A stretch of 64,000 bases of DNA. Source: a virus (lineage: Duplodnaviria > Caudoviricetes). The position numbers were made by a program, and so were the translations under genes. Of this stretch, positions 13,309-23,340 are shown piece after piece (position 1 is the stretch's first letter; each line of letters opens with the position of its first letter). The notes beneath the pieces were generated by a model, which did no database searches, was not told the DNA's origin, and saw only the letters and a program-made list of their open reading frames with translations. Where the stretch lies: IMG/VR virus record IMGVR_UViG_3300042554_000410, positions 34,497-98,496 of that record; one strand, given 5' to 3'.

Positions 13309-13698
13309 TTAGCAGCGAACGATATCGTCCTCTCTGCAAATTTCGCCGATTTGCACCTCAATTGCAATTAAAATTTCCTTGAGATGTGTGTTTGTGATTT
13401 TGTGAATGCCCTGTCTTGGCACAAAGAATGTATCACCCTTCTTGACAGAAAACACATTACCATCAACAATCACTTTGCCTTCGCCTTGAACAATCGTCCA
13501 AGTTTCTGTACGATGGATGTGATACTGTAGTGAGATGGCCTGGTCTGGTAGAATTTCCAGCTTCTTTACCTTGAATCCCTGATCCACATCTAGGACATAC
13601 CAGCGACCCCAAGGTCTAGATGCACCATCAAGATACTTTCTTGATGCTACAATGTCTTCCAACACTTTATGAAAATCGTCATAATCATCTTTTGTCAT
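13309..13698 (-). CDS. Cupin, mannose-6-phosphate isomerase type II C-terminal-like
   Basis: RPWG...SLQYHIHRTETW...EVQIG...EDDIVR. Confidence 0.85.
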   Translation of the reverse strand: MTKDDYDDFHKVLEDIVASRKYLDGASRPWGRWYVLDVDQGFKVKKLEILPDQAISLQYHIHRTETWTIVQGEGKVIVDGNVFSVKKGDTFFVPRQGIHKITNTHLKEILIAIEVQIGEICREDDIVRC

Positions 13699-14485
13699 TC
13701 TCTAATTCTTCCATATCTAAAAATTCAATTCGTCTATTCTGTGCTGCGGATATGTTAAATGCTAACAGTAGTAATATTGCCAGCGGATCAAACACGAATA
13801 TGAGCAGCATTATAACAAATCTGATGGCTTTGTCAACTATTTCTTGATCGGATGAGCCATAAATTAGTTCAGCAACATATTTGATTGGTCCGACTTCTGC
13901 TTCTATTTTTTTGAACTCAGATTCCAACTTTATGCGCTGAGATTTCATTTGTGATAGTTTATCCGTTTCTGTTTTCTTTTCATCGACCAAAGCTTGGCGT
14001 GTTTCTTTCTGTTGCTTTGCTGCGGCTAGAGAAGATTTTGTTTGTCCCTTTTCAATCATCTTATTGATTGAATCGTCTATCACTTTTATCTGTTTGTCTA
14101 AGTCTGCGATGCGTTCCTGTTGCAGAGTGATTTCGCTATTCAGTATTTCAACTTGTTCTGTCACACCAGTATTGAGTTGCAACTGTTGTTCAATATGTGC
14201 CTTGGAAAGAAAGCCAAAGATGCCCATGCTTGTGATGAGCATCAATACACCGATAGCAGCAAACAGATAAGTCTTGATTAGAAACGGCGCTTGTTTCCAG
14301 TTATTGTATAGCCAAGATGTTGCTACAAGTTTGCCGACTTCCAATACTGAACCCATGATGATAATAGGCCAGAATGCTCCAGCAAAAATGGATGTAAGAC
14401 CGATTATACTATAATAAGCGGCTACAGCAGATATTGCGATTCCTGTGAAAAACACAAGAATTGTGAGGATACGTGATTGCATCAA
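13685..14485 (-). CDS. Membrane protein with coiled coil
   Basis: Three N-terminal TM segments, coiled coil, C-terminal TM with FDPLA. Confidence 0.7.
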   Translation of the reverse strand: MMQSRILTILVFFTGIAISAVAAYYSIIGLTSIFAGAFWPIIIMGSVLEVGKLVATSWLYNNWKQAPFLIKTYLFAAIGVLMLITSMGIFGFLSKAHIEQQLQLNTGVTEQVEILNSEITLQQERIADLDKQIKVIDDSINKMIEKGQTKSSLAAAKQQKETRQALVDEKKTETDKLSQMKSQRIKLESEFKKIEAEVGPIKYVAELIYGSSDQEIVDKAIRFVIMLLIFVFDPLAILLLLAFNISAAQNRRIEFLDMEELENDKR

Positions 14486-14490
14486 TATAT

Positions 14491-17052
14491 TTAGTTGAAG
14501 AAATCTTCAAGCGAAGATACATGTTCAGTCTTCCAGTCAATACTATCAAGAATAATCTTTAATGGCTCTAGAAAAGATTTGTCAAACTGCAAATCATAGT
14601 CGATATACTTTTCGATGTCCAACTCTTTCGGCACAATTGTAGGAAACGAGATGACATTAGACTGAATGGTGTTTGGCTCTTTGAGATAGATGAACTTAAT
14701 CTTCTCACCCTCTTTGATTGCCTGATATGTCTTGTTCAACTTCTTGCGCTTGATTAAATCGTTATACAGCAAAGAACCGCGCACATGAATTGGGCAACCC
14801 TTACCAAAGATAGCCTTGGCGTCAGCAAACTTATCAAGTCCATTTACACCACGAGGAAACGCGATGTCTGAAATATTCTGATGCCTAAACTCTTGACGCC
14901 AAGTTTCAATCATGCCAATCAAATCATTCTCGGTCTTGTTGAGAACAATATCGATTGCTTCCCACATAATCTTGCGGCAATATGTAGGAGTAGATGACTT
15001 AATCATCTCAAGACCCATGACTTTCGGCTTAGGCTTTGCGTATTCAACACCTTCGTTATTGTATACATTCAGAATGTAACGCTTCTTGGCTGTCCAGATA
15101 CCCTTGTCGGCCAGAGCCTCACGCTTCATTTGCATCTTTTGTTCGTAGGCATTAATATATTCAGCAAGTTCAGCATAAGCAGAGTCAATAAACGGTTGAA
15201 TTTTATTTTCGCAGACCTTATCCATGAATGCGATAATTTGTTTTGTTGTAGCATTTGGACTCTGCTCAATAATAGTCTTGCTGACCAGTTTATCAAGACA
15301 GAGGTAAATGCTATCCGTATCCGAGGCGATAACATAATCTTCTTTGTCCGTCTTTAGAATTTTGTTCATGTATTCATTTAGTTTCTTTTCGATCCAACGA
15401 ATGGACAACTGACCAGCAGTTGTGATGCCTGAGGCCTGTCGAACGTCGAAGTATCGGAAGTATTGATTGCCGAGAGCGCCGTAAGCAGAGTTCAGAGAAA
15501 CCTTCTTAGCCAACTGGAGATTATTGAAACGTGCTACACGCTTTTCAATTTCAATTCTCTTTTCTGGATCAGTTTCTTTCTCTAGTTCTTTCTTGGCCGC
15601 AATAGCCTTCTTCTTGTATGCGCTGCGGTCATTATACATTGTTTCCATAATCTCAGGCAAGAAACCCTGCTTTGTACGACGATAGAAATGTCCGTTCGGT
15701 GTCACAGTCACGTTTTCATATTTGAGTTGATTGTTGTTGTTTATTTGGTCAAGAAACTCATCAACCTCAAAGTGATTGTCTTTCACATACATTCTCAGAC
15801 CAGGAGTGTAATCTTCTGGCTCAATGATTGTATCAGGCGAAATGTTGTATTGCATAATCAAATGTGGATACAGACTGTTCAAGTCGAATGATGCGACCCA
15901 CTTATACAGACCAGGCACAGGTTCTTTCACATGTGCGCCCTCATACGCGGAATCTTTACTGTGCTTGACAATAGGATCCACAACCATATTCTTCTTGCGA
16001 AGATGATTATAAACGATAGCGTCCCACATACGAACCTGTGAGAAGGAATCGTCTGGATTAGTTTTGCTGTCGTATGCAAGAGTAAGAGCAAGTTCAATGA
16101 GTTTCAGCTTGTCATCAATCTTGTCAACAAGTTCAACGTCTTTGATGTTGTACTCAATAAACTTTTGATAGTTCTCTTTGTAGAGATTGTGCAGATTGCC
16201 ATATTCTTCATACGACAACTTCTTTTCGCCAAGTTCTACATTGGCAATGTTGTTGAGTGAATAAGATTCCTGAGACTGACCACCAGGAGCAAACTTGCGA
16301 TACATGGCAATATAATCAAGAGTGGCGATGCCAAGAATGCGGTAGATTGTTTCTACTTGACCCAGCTTGTTTGTAGTCTTGCCTTCATTGATAACATTCC
16401 AAGGTGATAGTCTGTTAGCAAACTCTTCACCCATCAACTTGCGAAAGCGATTGACGAGATAGACGATATCGAACCGTTCTACGTTCCAGCCAGTGATGAT
16501 ATCAGGATAGTCACCAGACCACTCATCAATAAATCTCTTGATAAGGTCAATCTCATCACGACAATGAATATACTGGACATCATCACGGGTGTTGTTAAAC
16601 ACACCACAGCCAAATACGATAAACTTGCCTTGATTGTTCTTGAATGTGATGGCTGTTATTGGTTCATTGGCCAGAGACGGCTCAGGAAAACCATTCTCTG
16701 AACCAACCTCAATATCGATGTTTGTCACATTGATTTTAGAGATATCCCAATCAACATCATTTGGAAAAGTTTCTGCGATGAAGGCATATTCATATTTGTT
16801 ATTGCCATAGACAATAAAGCCTTCAACTTCCTCATACATCTTGAGAAAGTCTCTAGCTTCACGAATGTTTCCAGGCTTCAACTCAGAAACATACTTGCCA
16901 TGAATTGTTGTCCAGTCCGTTGGTTCTTTTGAGGGAACAAAAAAAGTAGGAAAGTAATCTATCTTGCGTCTTACTTTCCTACCGTTTTCTATGCCTCTAT
17001 AAAGTATTCTGGAACCATACACTTGAACGTTAGTGTAAAAGTTGTCGGACAT
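14491..17052 (-). CDS. 43: Family B DNA polymerase (gp43)
   Basis: DIEV exonuclease I; SFDLNSLYPH; KVSLNSAYG; SDTDS. Confidence 0.97.
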   Translation of the reverse strand: MSDNFYTNVQVYGSRILYRGIENGRKVRRKIDYFPTFFVPSKEPTDWTTIHGKYVSELKPGNIREARDFLKMYEEVEGFIVYGNNKYEYAFIAETFPNDVDWDISKINVTNIDIEVGSENGFPEPSLANEPITAITFKNNQGKFIVFGCGVFNNTRDDVQYIHCRDEIDLIKRFIDEWSGDYPDIITGWNVERFDIVYLVNRFRKLMGEEFANRLSPWNVINEGKTTNKLGQVETIYRILGIATLDYIAMYRKFAPGGQSQESYSLNNIANVELGEKKLSYEEYGNLHNLYKENYQKFIEYNIKDVELVDKIDDKLKLIELALTLAYDSKTNPDDSFSQVRMWDAIVYNHLRKKNMVVDPIVKHSKDSAYEGAHVKEPVPGLYKWVASFDLNSLYPHLIMQYNISPDTIIEPEDYTPGLRMYVKDNHFEVDEFLDQINNNNQLKYENVTVTPNGHFYRRTKQGFLPEIMETMYNDRSAYKKKAIAAKKELEKETDPEKRIEIEKRVARFNNLQLAKKVSLNSAYGALGNQYFRYFDVRQASGITTAGQLSIRWIEKKLNEYMNKILKTDKEDYVIASDTDSIYLCLDKLVSKTIIEQSPNATTKQIIAFMDKVCENKIQPFIDSAYAELAEYINAYEQKMQMKREALADKGIWTAKKRYILNVYNNEGVEYAKPKPKVMGLEMIKSSTPTYCRKIMWEAIDIVLNKTENDLIGMIETWRQEFRHQNISDIAFPRGVNGLDKFADAKAIFGKGCPIHVRGSLLYNDLIKRKKLNKTYQAIKEGEKIKFIYLKEPNTIQSNVISFPTIVPKELDIEKYIDYDLQFDKSFLEPLKIILDSIDWKTEHVSSLEDFFN

Positions 17053-17381
17053 TATGCTCCTGGCTTGATCAAATTGGAAGTTGGAAGAACAAGTCCGCCA
17101 AACATGGAATTGTATTGATTGACGAACTCTTTAATTGGCTCTATTATACACAATACATGAGACTTGTCAATAATAAAAGTTTTTTGATCACTAAATTCTG
17201 CCCAAGGAGCAAAGCCAATATTAGCAGGAGATTTAGGATTATATTGCATTGCTGGATTCGAAGGAATCACAACGATACGAACAGGGTTTTTGATTTCACA
17301 AACTGAGGGTCCACCTGGTAGAATTTCACCAAGCAGTTCCTCACCAGTAATTAACTTGAGTATCTTCACATTCGCAGCCAT
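17052..17381 (-). CDS. Conserved T4-like hypothetical protein
   Basis: KILKLITGEELLG...FAPW...YNSMFG. Confidence 0.7.
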   Translation of the reverse strand: MAANVKILKLITGEELLGEILPGGPSVCEIKNPVRIVVIPSNPAMQYNPKSPANIGFAPWAEFSDQKTFIIDKSHVLCIIEPIKEFVNQYNSMFGGLVLPTSNLIKPGA

Positions 17382-17563
17382 TATTCTAGTTCTCCCACAT
17401 AATCAAACACGCCGACTGTCATCCACTTGGTAGGAATATAAGTCAGATTAGAACCAGACTCACTCTTATAGACATACTTGTTCTCATAGTCCATAACCTT
17501 AGCAAGTTTTTCCCACTTGCTATCGTGTGTTCGCTGCTTCCATTGCGTCTCAAGAATATTCAT
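17381..17563 (-). CDS. Hypothetical protein
   Basis: ORF with a GGAG RBS. Confidence 0.55.
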   Translation of the reverse strand: MNILETQWKQRTHDSKWEKLAKVMDYENKYVYKSESGSNLTYIPTKWMTVGVFDYVGELE

Positions 17564-17578
17564 TATAAAACTCCAATC

Positions 17579-17779
17579 TTAATTAAACTTAGTGCCGTTC
17601 ATCTTTTCTTCTGTAGTAACAAATACCATCTTTTCAGAATCGTCTGTGTAGTATACAGGGTTCATGCCTGCTTGTCTATACTCTTCACCCCATTTTAATG
17701 CAACATGAAAGTTGCTATCTGGGCCCATAATTTCTGCTGCTTGTCGGATAATCTCTTCGGAAATAGTTTGATATGCCAT
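17579..17779 (-). CDS. Hypothetical protein
   Basis: ORF with an AAGGA RBS. Confidence 0.6.
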   Translation of the reverse strand: MAYQTISEEIIRQAAEIMGPDSNFHVALKWGEEYRQAGMNPVYYTDDSEKMVFVTTEEKMNGTKFN

Positions 17780-17783
17780 TTTG

Positions 17784-17948
17784 CTATTCCTTCTTGGGTT
17801 TGTTTAGTTCCTCTAGAAATCCTCGCATAAAGTTCTCATAAAAACTAGGCGTATTCTTATATATCTCGGCCCAAAATCTACCCATGTCTTCTGCATGTTC
17901 AGTCATATAGGTTCTGAGAATACTTTCGTTATACTTCCATCCTAACAT
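17784..17948 (-). CDS. 54-aa hypothetical protein (absent from the ORF track)
   Basis: MLGWKYNESILRTY...PKKE; TGATG coupling fills the gap. Confidence 0.5.
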   Translation of the reverse strand: MLGWKYNESILRTYMTEHAEDMGRFWAEIYKNTPSFYENFMRGFLEELNKPKKE

Positions 17949-18175
17949 CACCAAACACCGTCCTCTATTTTTTGTGCAACGCCTTCATTGATTAGTTGTC
18001 TCACACAGTCATCACAAATATCACCTACAGAATATGTGGCTCTTTTGAGAGCATAAAGTTCCATGTCATATCGTGAGCCGTATTGTCCAAGAATATAGAA
18101 AGATCCCTCTTTCAGGAAGAGAGAGTTCGAACTATCATTATTGCTACACGAATTACATGCCATTTTTATGTCCAC
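17948..18175 (-). CDS. Hypothetical protein (CxxC...CxxC)
   Basis: CNSC, GQYGSRYD, CDDC. Confidence 0.6.
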   Translation of the reverse strand: MDIKMACNSCSNNDSSNSLFLKEGSFYILGQYGSRYDMELYALKRATYSVGDICDDCVRQLINEGVAQKIEDGVW

Positions 18176-18756
18176 AAACTCTGATAATATTTAGCAAAGA
18201 GACGAAGCCCGTTGTTAATGCGCTTTTGAATTTCATCACGCTCTTCAAGGGCTTCGGTAGTCCAACCATTATGTCTCTCGTAGATTTCTAAGTCCCATTC
18301 TCCGTCTTTGATTTTCTCAAAGGCAAAAATCATCTCATCAAGAATATAATGCCAGCGCATTGCGTTAAAGGGTCGATCCCAATCATTATCTTCGGTGCGA
18401 TCATCATAGATAACATCATCGGGCGCATCTTCACGATAGGTGTATGGAGTGCCAAACTTACCTTTTTTAATCTTTAGAAGAATAGGATGAATGATGTGGG
18501 CTAGAGTAACATCAGCACTCCAAGTGTCCCAATCATCAATACGAACACTAATCTTTCGCTTACGATGCTTGATAATAGAATTAATCGTTACGTCATAGAA
18601 CGATTGAATGATACCCTCAAGCAACTCTAAGAAGTCTTCAATCTTAGTTGGTGTTGAAGGATGAGGCCAAACATGACCGTACTTCTTGTTCATGTAACGG
18701 TCATGAATCCTACATATCAATCTGTCTGTAGGATATCTACTAATCTTGACTTTCAT
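18166..18756 (-). CDS. Conserved phage hypothetical protein
   Basis: IDDWDTWSAD.TLAHII.P...WHYILDEMIFAFE...GLRLFAKYY. Confidence 0.7.
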   Translation of the reverse strand: MKVKISRYPTDRLICRIHDRYMNKKYGHVWPHPSTPTKIEDFLELLEGIIQSFYDVTINSIIKHRKRKISVRIDDWDTWSADVTLAHIIHPILLKIKKGKFGTPYTYREDAPDDVIYDDRTEDNDWDRPFNAMRWHYILDEMIFAFEKIKDGEWDLEIYERHNGWTTEALEERDEIQKRINNGLRLFAKYYQSLWT

Positions 18757-18904
18757 CTTCTTTTGCCTCGTTAGCCGCTTCAATTAAAGTTGCAAGAAGT
18801 CCCTTCTTCGCAAAGAAGAGAATAATTTCGTAATCCATTGTGATAGTAATGGTAGCAGAACCATCTTCGTTCTCTACAAAATCATTCACTTCGATGTGTT
18901 TCAT
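18740..18904 (-). CDS. 54-aa hypothetical protein (absent from the ORF track)
   Basis: MKHIEVNDFVENEDGSAT...ESQD. Confidence 0.5.
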   Translation of the reverse strand: MKHIEVNDFVENEDGSATITITMDYEIILFFAKKGLLATLIEAANEAKEDESQD

Positions 18905-19144
18905 TTACGTGCCGCTTCCACCCTTACCGATGGCTGCCGTAATGTCTTCAAATGGAATTGCCTTGCAGATGTAGTATGTGCGACCGGCGTTTGTGCCGAC
19001 TTCAAGTTGCAACTGATCAACAAGAATTTGTCCTGCTTCCTTGCAGGACTGTTCATTGTTAAATTCTGGTTTGTTTGGAGTGCGAATGTCGGTGTAGAGA
19101 GTGCCGTCATTCATCATGGTATTCAAAACGATAAGCCAAAGCAT
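18905..19144 (-). CDS. Hypothetical protein
   Basis: GAGGTGA RBS; two Cys. Confidence 0.55.
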   Translation of the reverse strand: MLWLIVLNTMMNDGTLYTDIRTPNKPEFNNEQSCKEAGQILVDQLQLEVGTNAGRTYYICKAIPFEDITAAIGKGGSGT

Positions 19145-19164
19145 GTATCACCTCATTATAAAAT

Positions 19165-19238
19165 TGGAGCGGAGTACGAGATTCGAACTCGTTTCACTAG
19201 CTTGGAAGGCTAGGGCACAACCCATATACCAACCCCGC
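19165..19238 (-). tRNA. tRNA-Gly(UCC)
   Basis: GCGGGGT/ACTCCGC-T-CCA; loop CTTCCAA. Confidence 0.93.
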
Positions 19239-19249
19239 ATTGTTTGTAT

Positions 19250-19480
19250 TTAGTTCAGTCTAGAGATGCCCTTTAGTTCAGGCAATTCACGTTCAAGAAG
19301 GATCAATGCTTCCTTTAAATTTCCACGTTCAATATGCCAAGCAACATCAACGAAACAAGCATCTGCGGCAGGATCTTTAGTAACAGTATAACCGCGTCTT
19401 TCTAGTTCGTCAATCAGATCGTCATCATCAAAATCATCGGCATCAACATCAACATAAACCGTTTGTTCAAAAGTAGGCAT
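19250..19480 (-). CDS. Hypothetical acidic protein
   Basis: GAGGA RBS; DDDLIDELERRGY; TTGACA/TAATAT promoter upstream. Confidence 0.65.
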   Translation of the reverse strand: MPTFEQTVYVDVDADDFDDDDLIDELERRGYTVTKDPAADACFVDVAWHIERGNLKEALILLERELPELKGISRLN

Positions 19481-19536
19481 TTGTGTTCCTCTGTGTGTTT
19501 GTCAGTATGGACATATTAGCATATCCATTCAATTTG

Positions 19537-21888
19537 TCAAGACTCTTTTCTGTCCTCAGCCGCATAAAAATCAAAACGATGATGGAAAATAGGACTTAAT
19601 GCTAACACTGCCGCTCTTATTTTTCCTTGCTTCTGTAATTGAAATATGTGGCTCATCCATGTATGTTCATTAGGATAAGCCCATTTAGTATCAAGAAAAA
19701 CTTTCTTATTACCTTGTCTAGAGAACCAGAGTGGCCAGTTGCAATAATAAAATTCTCCTTCAAAGTATTTCAAGTCTTTATATCTTTTCTCACAAAATAT
19801 TTCCGTTTTTGGTGGATCAGAATCTAGACCCTCTTCTGGAAGTTTTGTTTTTTCAGGAAAATATTTTTCTCTTACATCTCGAGGAATATTATACCATGCC
19901 CATTGAGTTTCATTTGTTCCATAAAATTCTGAGTAGGACAATTTTAGATAATCATATCTGTTCCTATGCATTATTTCCAAAGATTTTAGATAGAGATTAT
20001 CAACGTGTCTTTTAAATCCTGAATCACACAGTTCTTCTGTTGAACCATGAATTGTCATATCATCTTCTAAAAAGATATAGTATTCAGAATCACTCTCATT
20101 AAAATGTTCCGCAACAAACTGTCTGGCACCACTAATACCAAGATTTATTTCTTTTTTTATGTGTTCAAACTTATGAGTTTTACACAAACTATTGTACTTC
20201 TCATAAGTTGACGAATCTGTAGAATTATCGATTAGTATCTTTCGTGTTCTGTCTAGAAAATCTGATTCACCGTGCCTATACGATTCTATAAGAGTTTCGA
20301 ATTGCTCTGGACTATTATATGTTAGAACATATAAAGATGTCTTTAATTCTTCGGCAGTCTTCTTTTTGTTCCAAAGTATTAGTTCTGAATTTGGAACAGA
20401 ATATTCTTCAACTTCACTTAACATTTCAAAGAAAGGATAAACAAGACCATTATCAGACAATTCAAATCTATGAGTATCATTTGGATTATGATATGTTAAC
20501 ATAGTGTGAAAGTTTTCTTCTGTTCCCATATATCCTGATTTGAGCGTGTCTGATGCTAAGTTATAATATTCACCATTAAGTTTTTTTACTCTATCTTTGT
20601 GTCCACCGAAGAATCCTCCGCGACAAACATATTCCGTTTTGTCTACACCACAAAACTCAGCGAATTTTGAACTTTCAAATCCATGAACTTCATTATCGTT
20701 TTCGTATGGAAAAGAGAGAAACAGAAATTTATTCTTTATCTTCTTCATATAGTTTTCTATAGAAGAAAGATTTTTTAGCATATTTAAGTCTACTGTATTT
20801 GTTAAACCGGCGTCTATCCAAAAAAAGTAGTCTGTTTTAAATTCATTTCTAACCGAACAGTCGTGTAAGAAAAAGAATTTAGACATAACAATAGGATTGT
20901 AATATTCTAGTTTAGCTTGTGGAGAATTTTCTAACCAAGACGCCCTTTTATACCAATTTTCATCTTTTCTTATGTCTTGCACAATATCAAAGAAGTCAAA
21001 ATTATTTTTAATATCTTCAAGATCATAAACAATTATTGTTGTGTTTTTGTTAGAGCGATGAGTGTCTACAAATGTTGTCAATTCTTTTGGCACATAAACA
21101 CACATATTAAAGTCGAGACTTAACAATTTGCTAAAGTTATCTAGATAGTGATCGAATGAACGGTTAAAATCTTTCAGTTCACCTCTTCTAATATCCCATA
21201 GTCCAGTTACCAGAGTAAAGTTTGATTTATCTGTTGAAATATTATTTCGCTTTGGAGTTAAATTTTTTTTAGGTTTTACTGAGTAGTTGTTTCCTTTTTT
21301 TGTTTTACAAACCCAAACAATAGACTGAAACTCTTCATCCATAAATCCTTCAAGTTGATTTTTTTTGGATGCCTCAGCAATATCATCTTCTACTATTTCA
21401 CACCAGTTCCAAATTTTTCCGTTGATATTTTCTTCAAAAAACTCGCGTGATTTCGAATAGTCGTGGGCCATAATGAAGTCGCCAGGTTTAAGATAGTCTG
21501 ATATTACATTAAACTCTGCAACTTTATAGCCGCCGTCACACAAAACTAATGTTGTTCCGGAACTCTGAATGAAAGATATTACATCTGTGACATCTCTTAA
21601 CTTATAATCGTCTGTAAATATATTCTCGATTCTCAGATCGATTCCTGTTTCAATAATTTTAGAGTAAACACTTCTTCCAGAAATGTCATATGTTCTGATC
21701 TCGCACGGTTTATTCAAACTCAGCATAATATCGTTCAACGCGAGAATAGTACCGCCACCAGCAGTTCCTATTTCTAATATTCTATCTGGTTTAATTTCTC
21801 TTAGAAATTTTTCAAATACAGAATAAAAATTATCGTGTTGCATAGCGACAAGGTCTTTGTACACTATGTATCCAGTCATTTCAGTCAT
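19537..21888 (-). CDS. Three-domain protein: SAM methyltransferase + HtrL/WlaTC-like glycosyltransferase + GT2-like
   Basis: ILEIGT.GG and CDGG/AHD; TLVTGLWDIRR...FWIDAG...GGFFGG...GTEE; LIDNS...FLEDD. Confidence 0.7.
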   Translation of the reverse strand: MTEMTGYIVYKDLVAMQHDNFYSVFEKFLREIKPDRILEIGTAGGGTILALNDIMLSLNKPCEIRTYDISGRSVYSKIIETGIDLRIENIFTDDYKLRDVTDVISFIQSSGTTLVLCDGGYKVAEFNVISDYLKPGDFIMAHDYSKSREFFEENINGKIWNWCEIVEDDIAEASKKNQLEGFMDEEFQSIVWVCKTKKGNNYSVKPKKNLTPKRNNISTDKSNFTLVTGLWDIRRGELKDFNRSFDHYLDNFSKLLSLDFNMCVYVPKELTTFVDTHRSNKNTTIIVYDLEDIKNNFDFFDIVQDIRKDENWYKRASWLENSPQAKLEYYNPIVMSKFFFLHDCSVRNEFKTDYFFWIDAGLTNTVDLNMLKNLSSIENYMKKIKNKFLFLSFPYENDNEVHGFESSKFAEFCGVDKTEYVCRGGFFGGHKDRVKKLNGEYYNLASDTLKSGYMGTEENFHTMLTYHNPNDTHRFELSDNGLVYPFFEMLSEVEEYSVPNSELILWNKKKTAEELKTSLYVLTYNSPEQFETLIESYRHGESDFLDRTRKILIDNSTDSSTYEKYNSLCKTHKFEHIKKEINLGISGARQFVAEHFNESDSEYYIFLEDDMTIHGSTEELCDSGFKRHVDNLYLKSLEIMHRNRYDYLKLSYSEFYGTNETQWAWYNIPRDVREKYFPEKTKLPEEGLDSDPPKTEIFCEKRYKDLKYFEGEFYYCNWPLWFSRQGNKKVFLDTKWAYPNEHTWMSHIFQLQKQGKIRAAVLALSPIFHHRFDFYAAEDRKES

Positions 21889-21899
21889 ATTTAAACTAT

Positions 21900-22106
21900 C
21901 TACCCCTGCCCGACGGCCTCACGTTTGGCCTTTGTGCGCGCCCTTGCGGCTTTGGCGATTTCGACTTTGCGTTCTCTGGTCGCATAAAGCCATTCTGTGA
22001 TTTCTGACGCCGTACGGCCGCAGCCTCTGCAAGTCTTTTCTTCGTCTTCTCTATATGTTCTTTCACTGTCATATTCACACACCTTTGTACAGATTGAGTT
22101 TGTCAT
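21900..22106 (-). CDS. DUF1289-like small Cys-rich protein
   Basis: C-x3-C...CRGCGRT.SEI..W. Confidence 0.7.
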   Translation of the reverse strand: MTNSICTKVCEYDSERTYREDEEKTCRGCGRTASEITEWLYATRERKVEIAKAARARTKAKREAVGQG

Positions 22107-22972
22107 GTCTTCTCTACTAGATTTTTGATAGAAGTATAAAGTTGTCCTGGATCTACATACTTCTCAAATATATAGTTTGATTTCTTAGAAATACCCATCG
22201 TAAAACAGTCTGATTCCTGATGACCGAATGCGTAAAATGTCTTGTGAGGATCATTCAAGTTTTCACCAGTAGAAGCATAACAGAATGGACCAGAGTTGCG
22301 TCCAATTATAAGACTGCAAAACTTAGAAAGATATGCAATCTCGTTTAGATCACATCTGTCAGACTGAATGATATCTCCAGTGTACATAACATTTGGCCAG
22401 ATATTGTCTAGCTTATGAGTTGTAAGAAATACCTTATTCTCATGCTGTGCTGCTAGAGGTCCGATAATCTCTCTCATATCACCATTATACTGACACTGAC
22501 CCGACATAGCTGGTCCATTGCAGAATAATATTTTTGGTCTTGGTTCGCTGTCAATAAAAGAACGAGCATGAGCCAAATCATACTTGCTATAGTCAATATA
22601 AGGCAAATAGTTTTCTACTGGACCAAGTTTCATCTTCTTCTTAAATGTAGTATTGATATCTTCATAGATATCTGCCCACATCTTCATATTGAAGTTGAGT
22701 GTGCATTCTCCAGTATACTTGTCAAAATAAGAACCAATCCAAGTATTGACAAACAGTATGTCAGGATTTTTTGGTCTTAGTATCTTTACCTTATCTGATA
22801 TTCCTTCAAGATGCACATGCTGCAATCCTAAATCTTCGATTGCGCGAGGGTCTTTGTTGTGTGCATACATGACTTTCTCTTTGCCAAGATGCTTGATGAC
22901 TTCACGAACAAATGGCTTGCTGTGGAACAAATCACCATTATGATAGAAGTTGAAGAAGCAAAGTTTTGTCAC
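22103..22972 (-). CDS. Putative glycosyltransferase (GT-B-like)
   Basis: HNGDLF N-terminal motif and LIIGRNSGP. Confidence 0.55.
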   Translation of the reverse strand: MTKLCFFNFYHNGDLFHSKPFVREVIKHLGKEKVMYAHNKDPRAIEDLGLQHVHLEGISDKVKILRPKNPDILFVNTWIGSYFDKYTGECTLNFNMKMWADIYEDINTTFKKKMKLGPVENYLPYIDYSKYDLAHARSFIDSEPRPKILFCNGPAMSGQCQYNGDMREIIGPLAAQHENKVFLTTHKLDNIWPNVMYTGDIIQSDRCDLNEIAYLSKFCSLIIGRNSGPFCYASTGENLNDPHKTFYAFGHQESDCFTMGISKKSNYIFEKYVDPGQLYTSIKNLVEKT

Positions 22973-23340
22973 TTTTCTTTTACACCCTTGTATAATTTAA
23001 CTGATTCTTCACGCAAAGACTTGTTGTGTACAATAGCATCATCAATCATAGCATTCAATGCTGCAACTAACTTAGGGCGCTTGACCTTGAAGCAGATGTC
23101 GACCTTGCGCTTTAGGTCGGCCAGTTCTTCATCTGACTTTGCAGCCTGCATAGCATCTTCAAGGTGCCAAGTGCGAATGTGAAGAATAGCCAACTTCTCT
23201 AGAACTTCACCGATGCTATCAGATGCGGCATATTCTGGAGGTGGATTAAAGTTTAATATCTGACGACCGAGAATGTCATACACATGCTCCTTCAAAATCA
23301 TATCCAACATTTCAGAAACAATCTTATTGTTATTCATCAC
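22969..23340 (-). CDS. Hypothetical protein (DUF4254-like)
   Basis: SIGEVLEKLAILHIRTWHLED. Confidence 0.55.
   Translation of the reverse strand: MMNNNKIVSEMLDMILKEHVYDILGRQILNFNPPPEYAASDSIGEVLEKLAILHIRTWHLEDAMQAAKSDEELADLKRKVDICFKVKRPKLVAALNAMIDDAIVHNKSLREESVKLYKGVKEK

Noticed and set aside
14491-17052. Intron, intein or split in the DNA polymerase and other core genes
   Set aside because: The ORFs are continuous and of normal length.
21896-22078. Alternative 60-aa basic ORF
   Set aside because: It overlaps the DUF1289-like ORF, which has the recognisable Cys motif.
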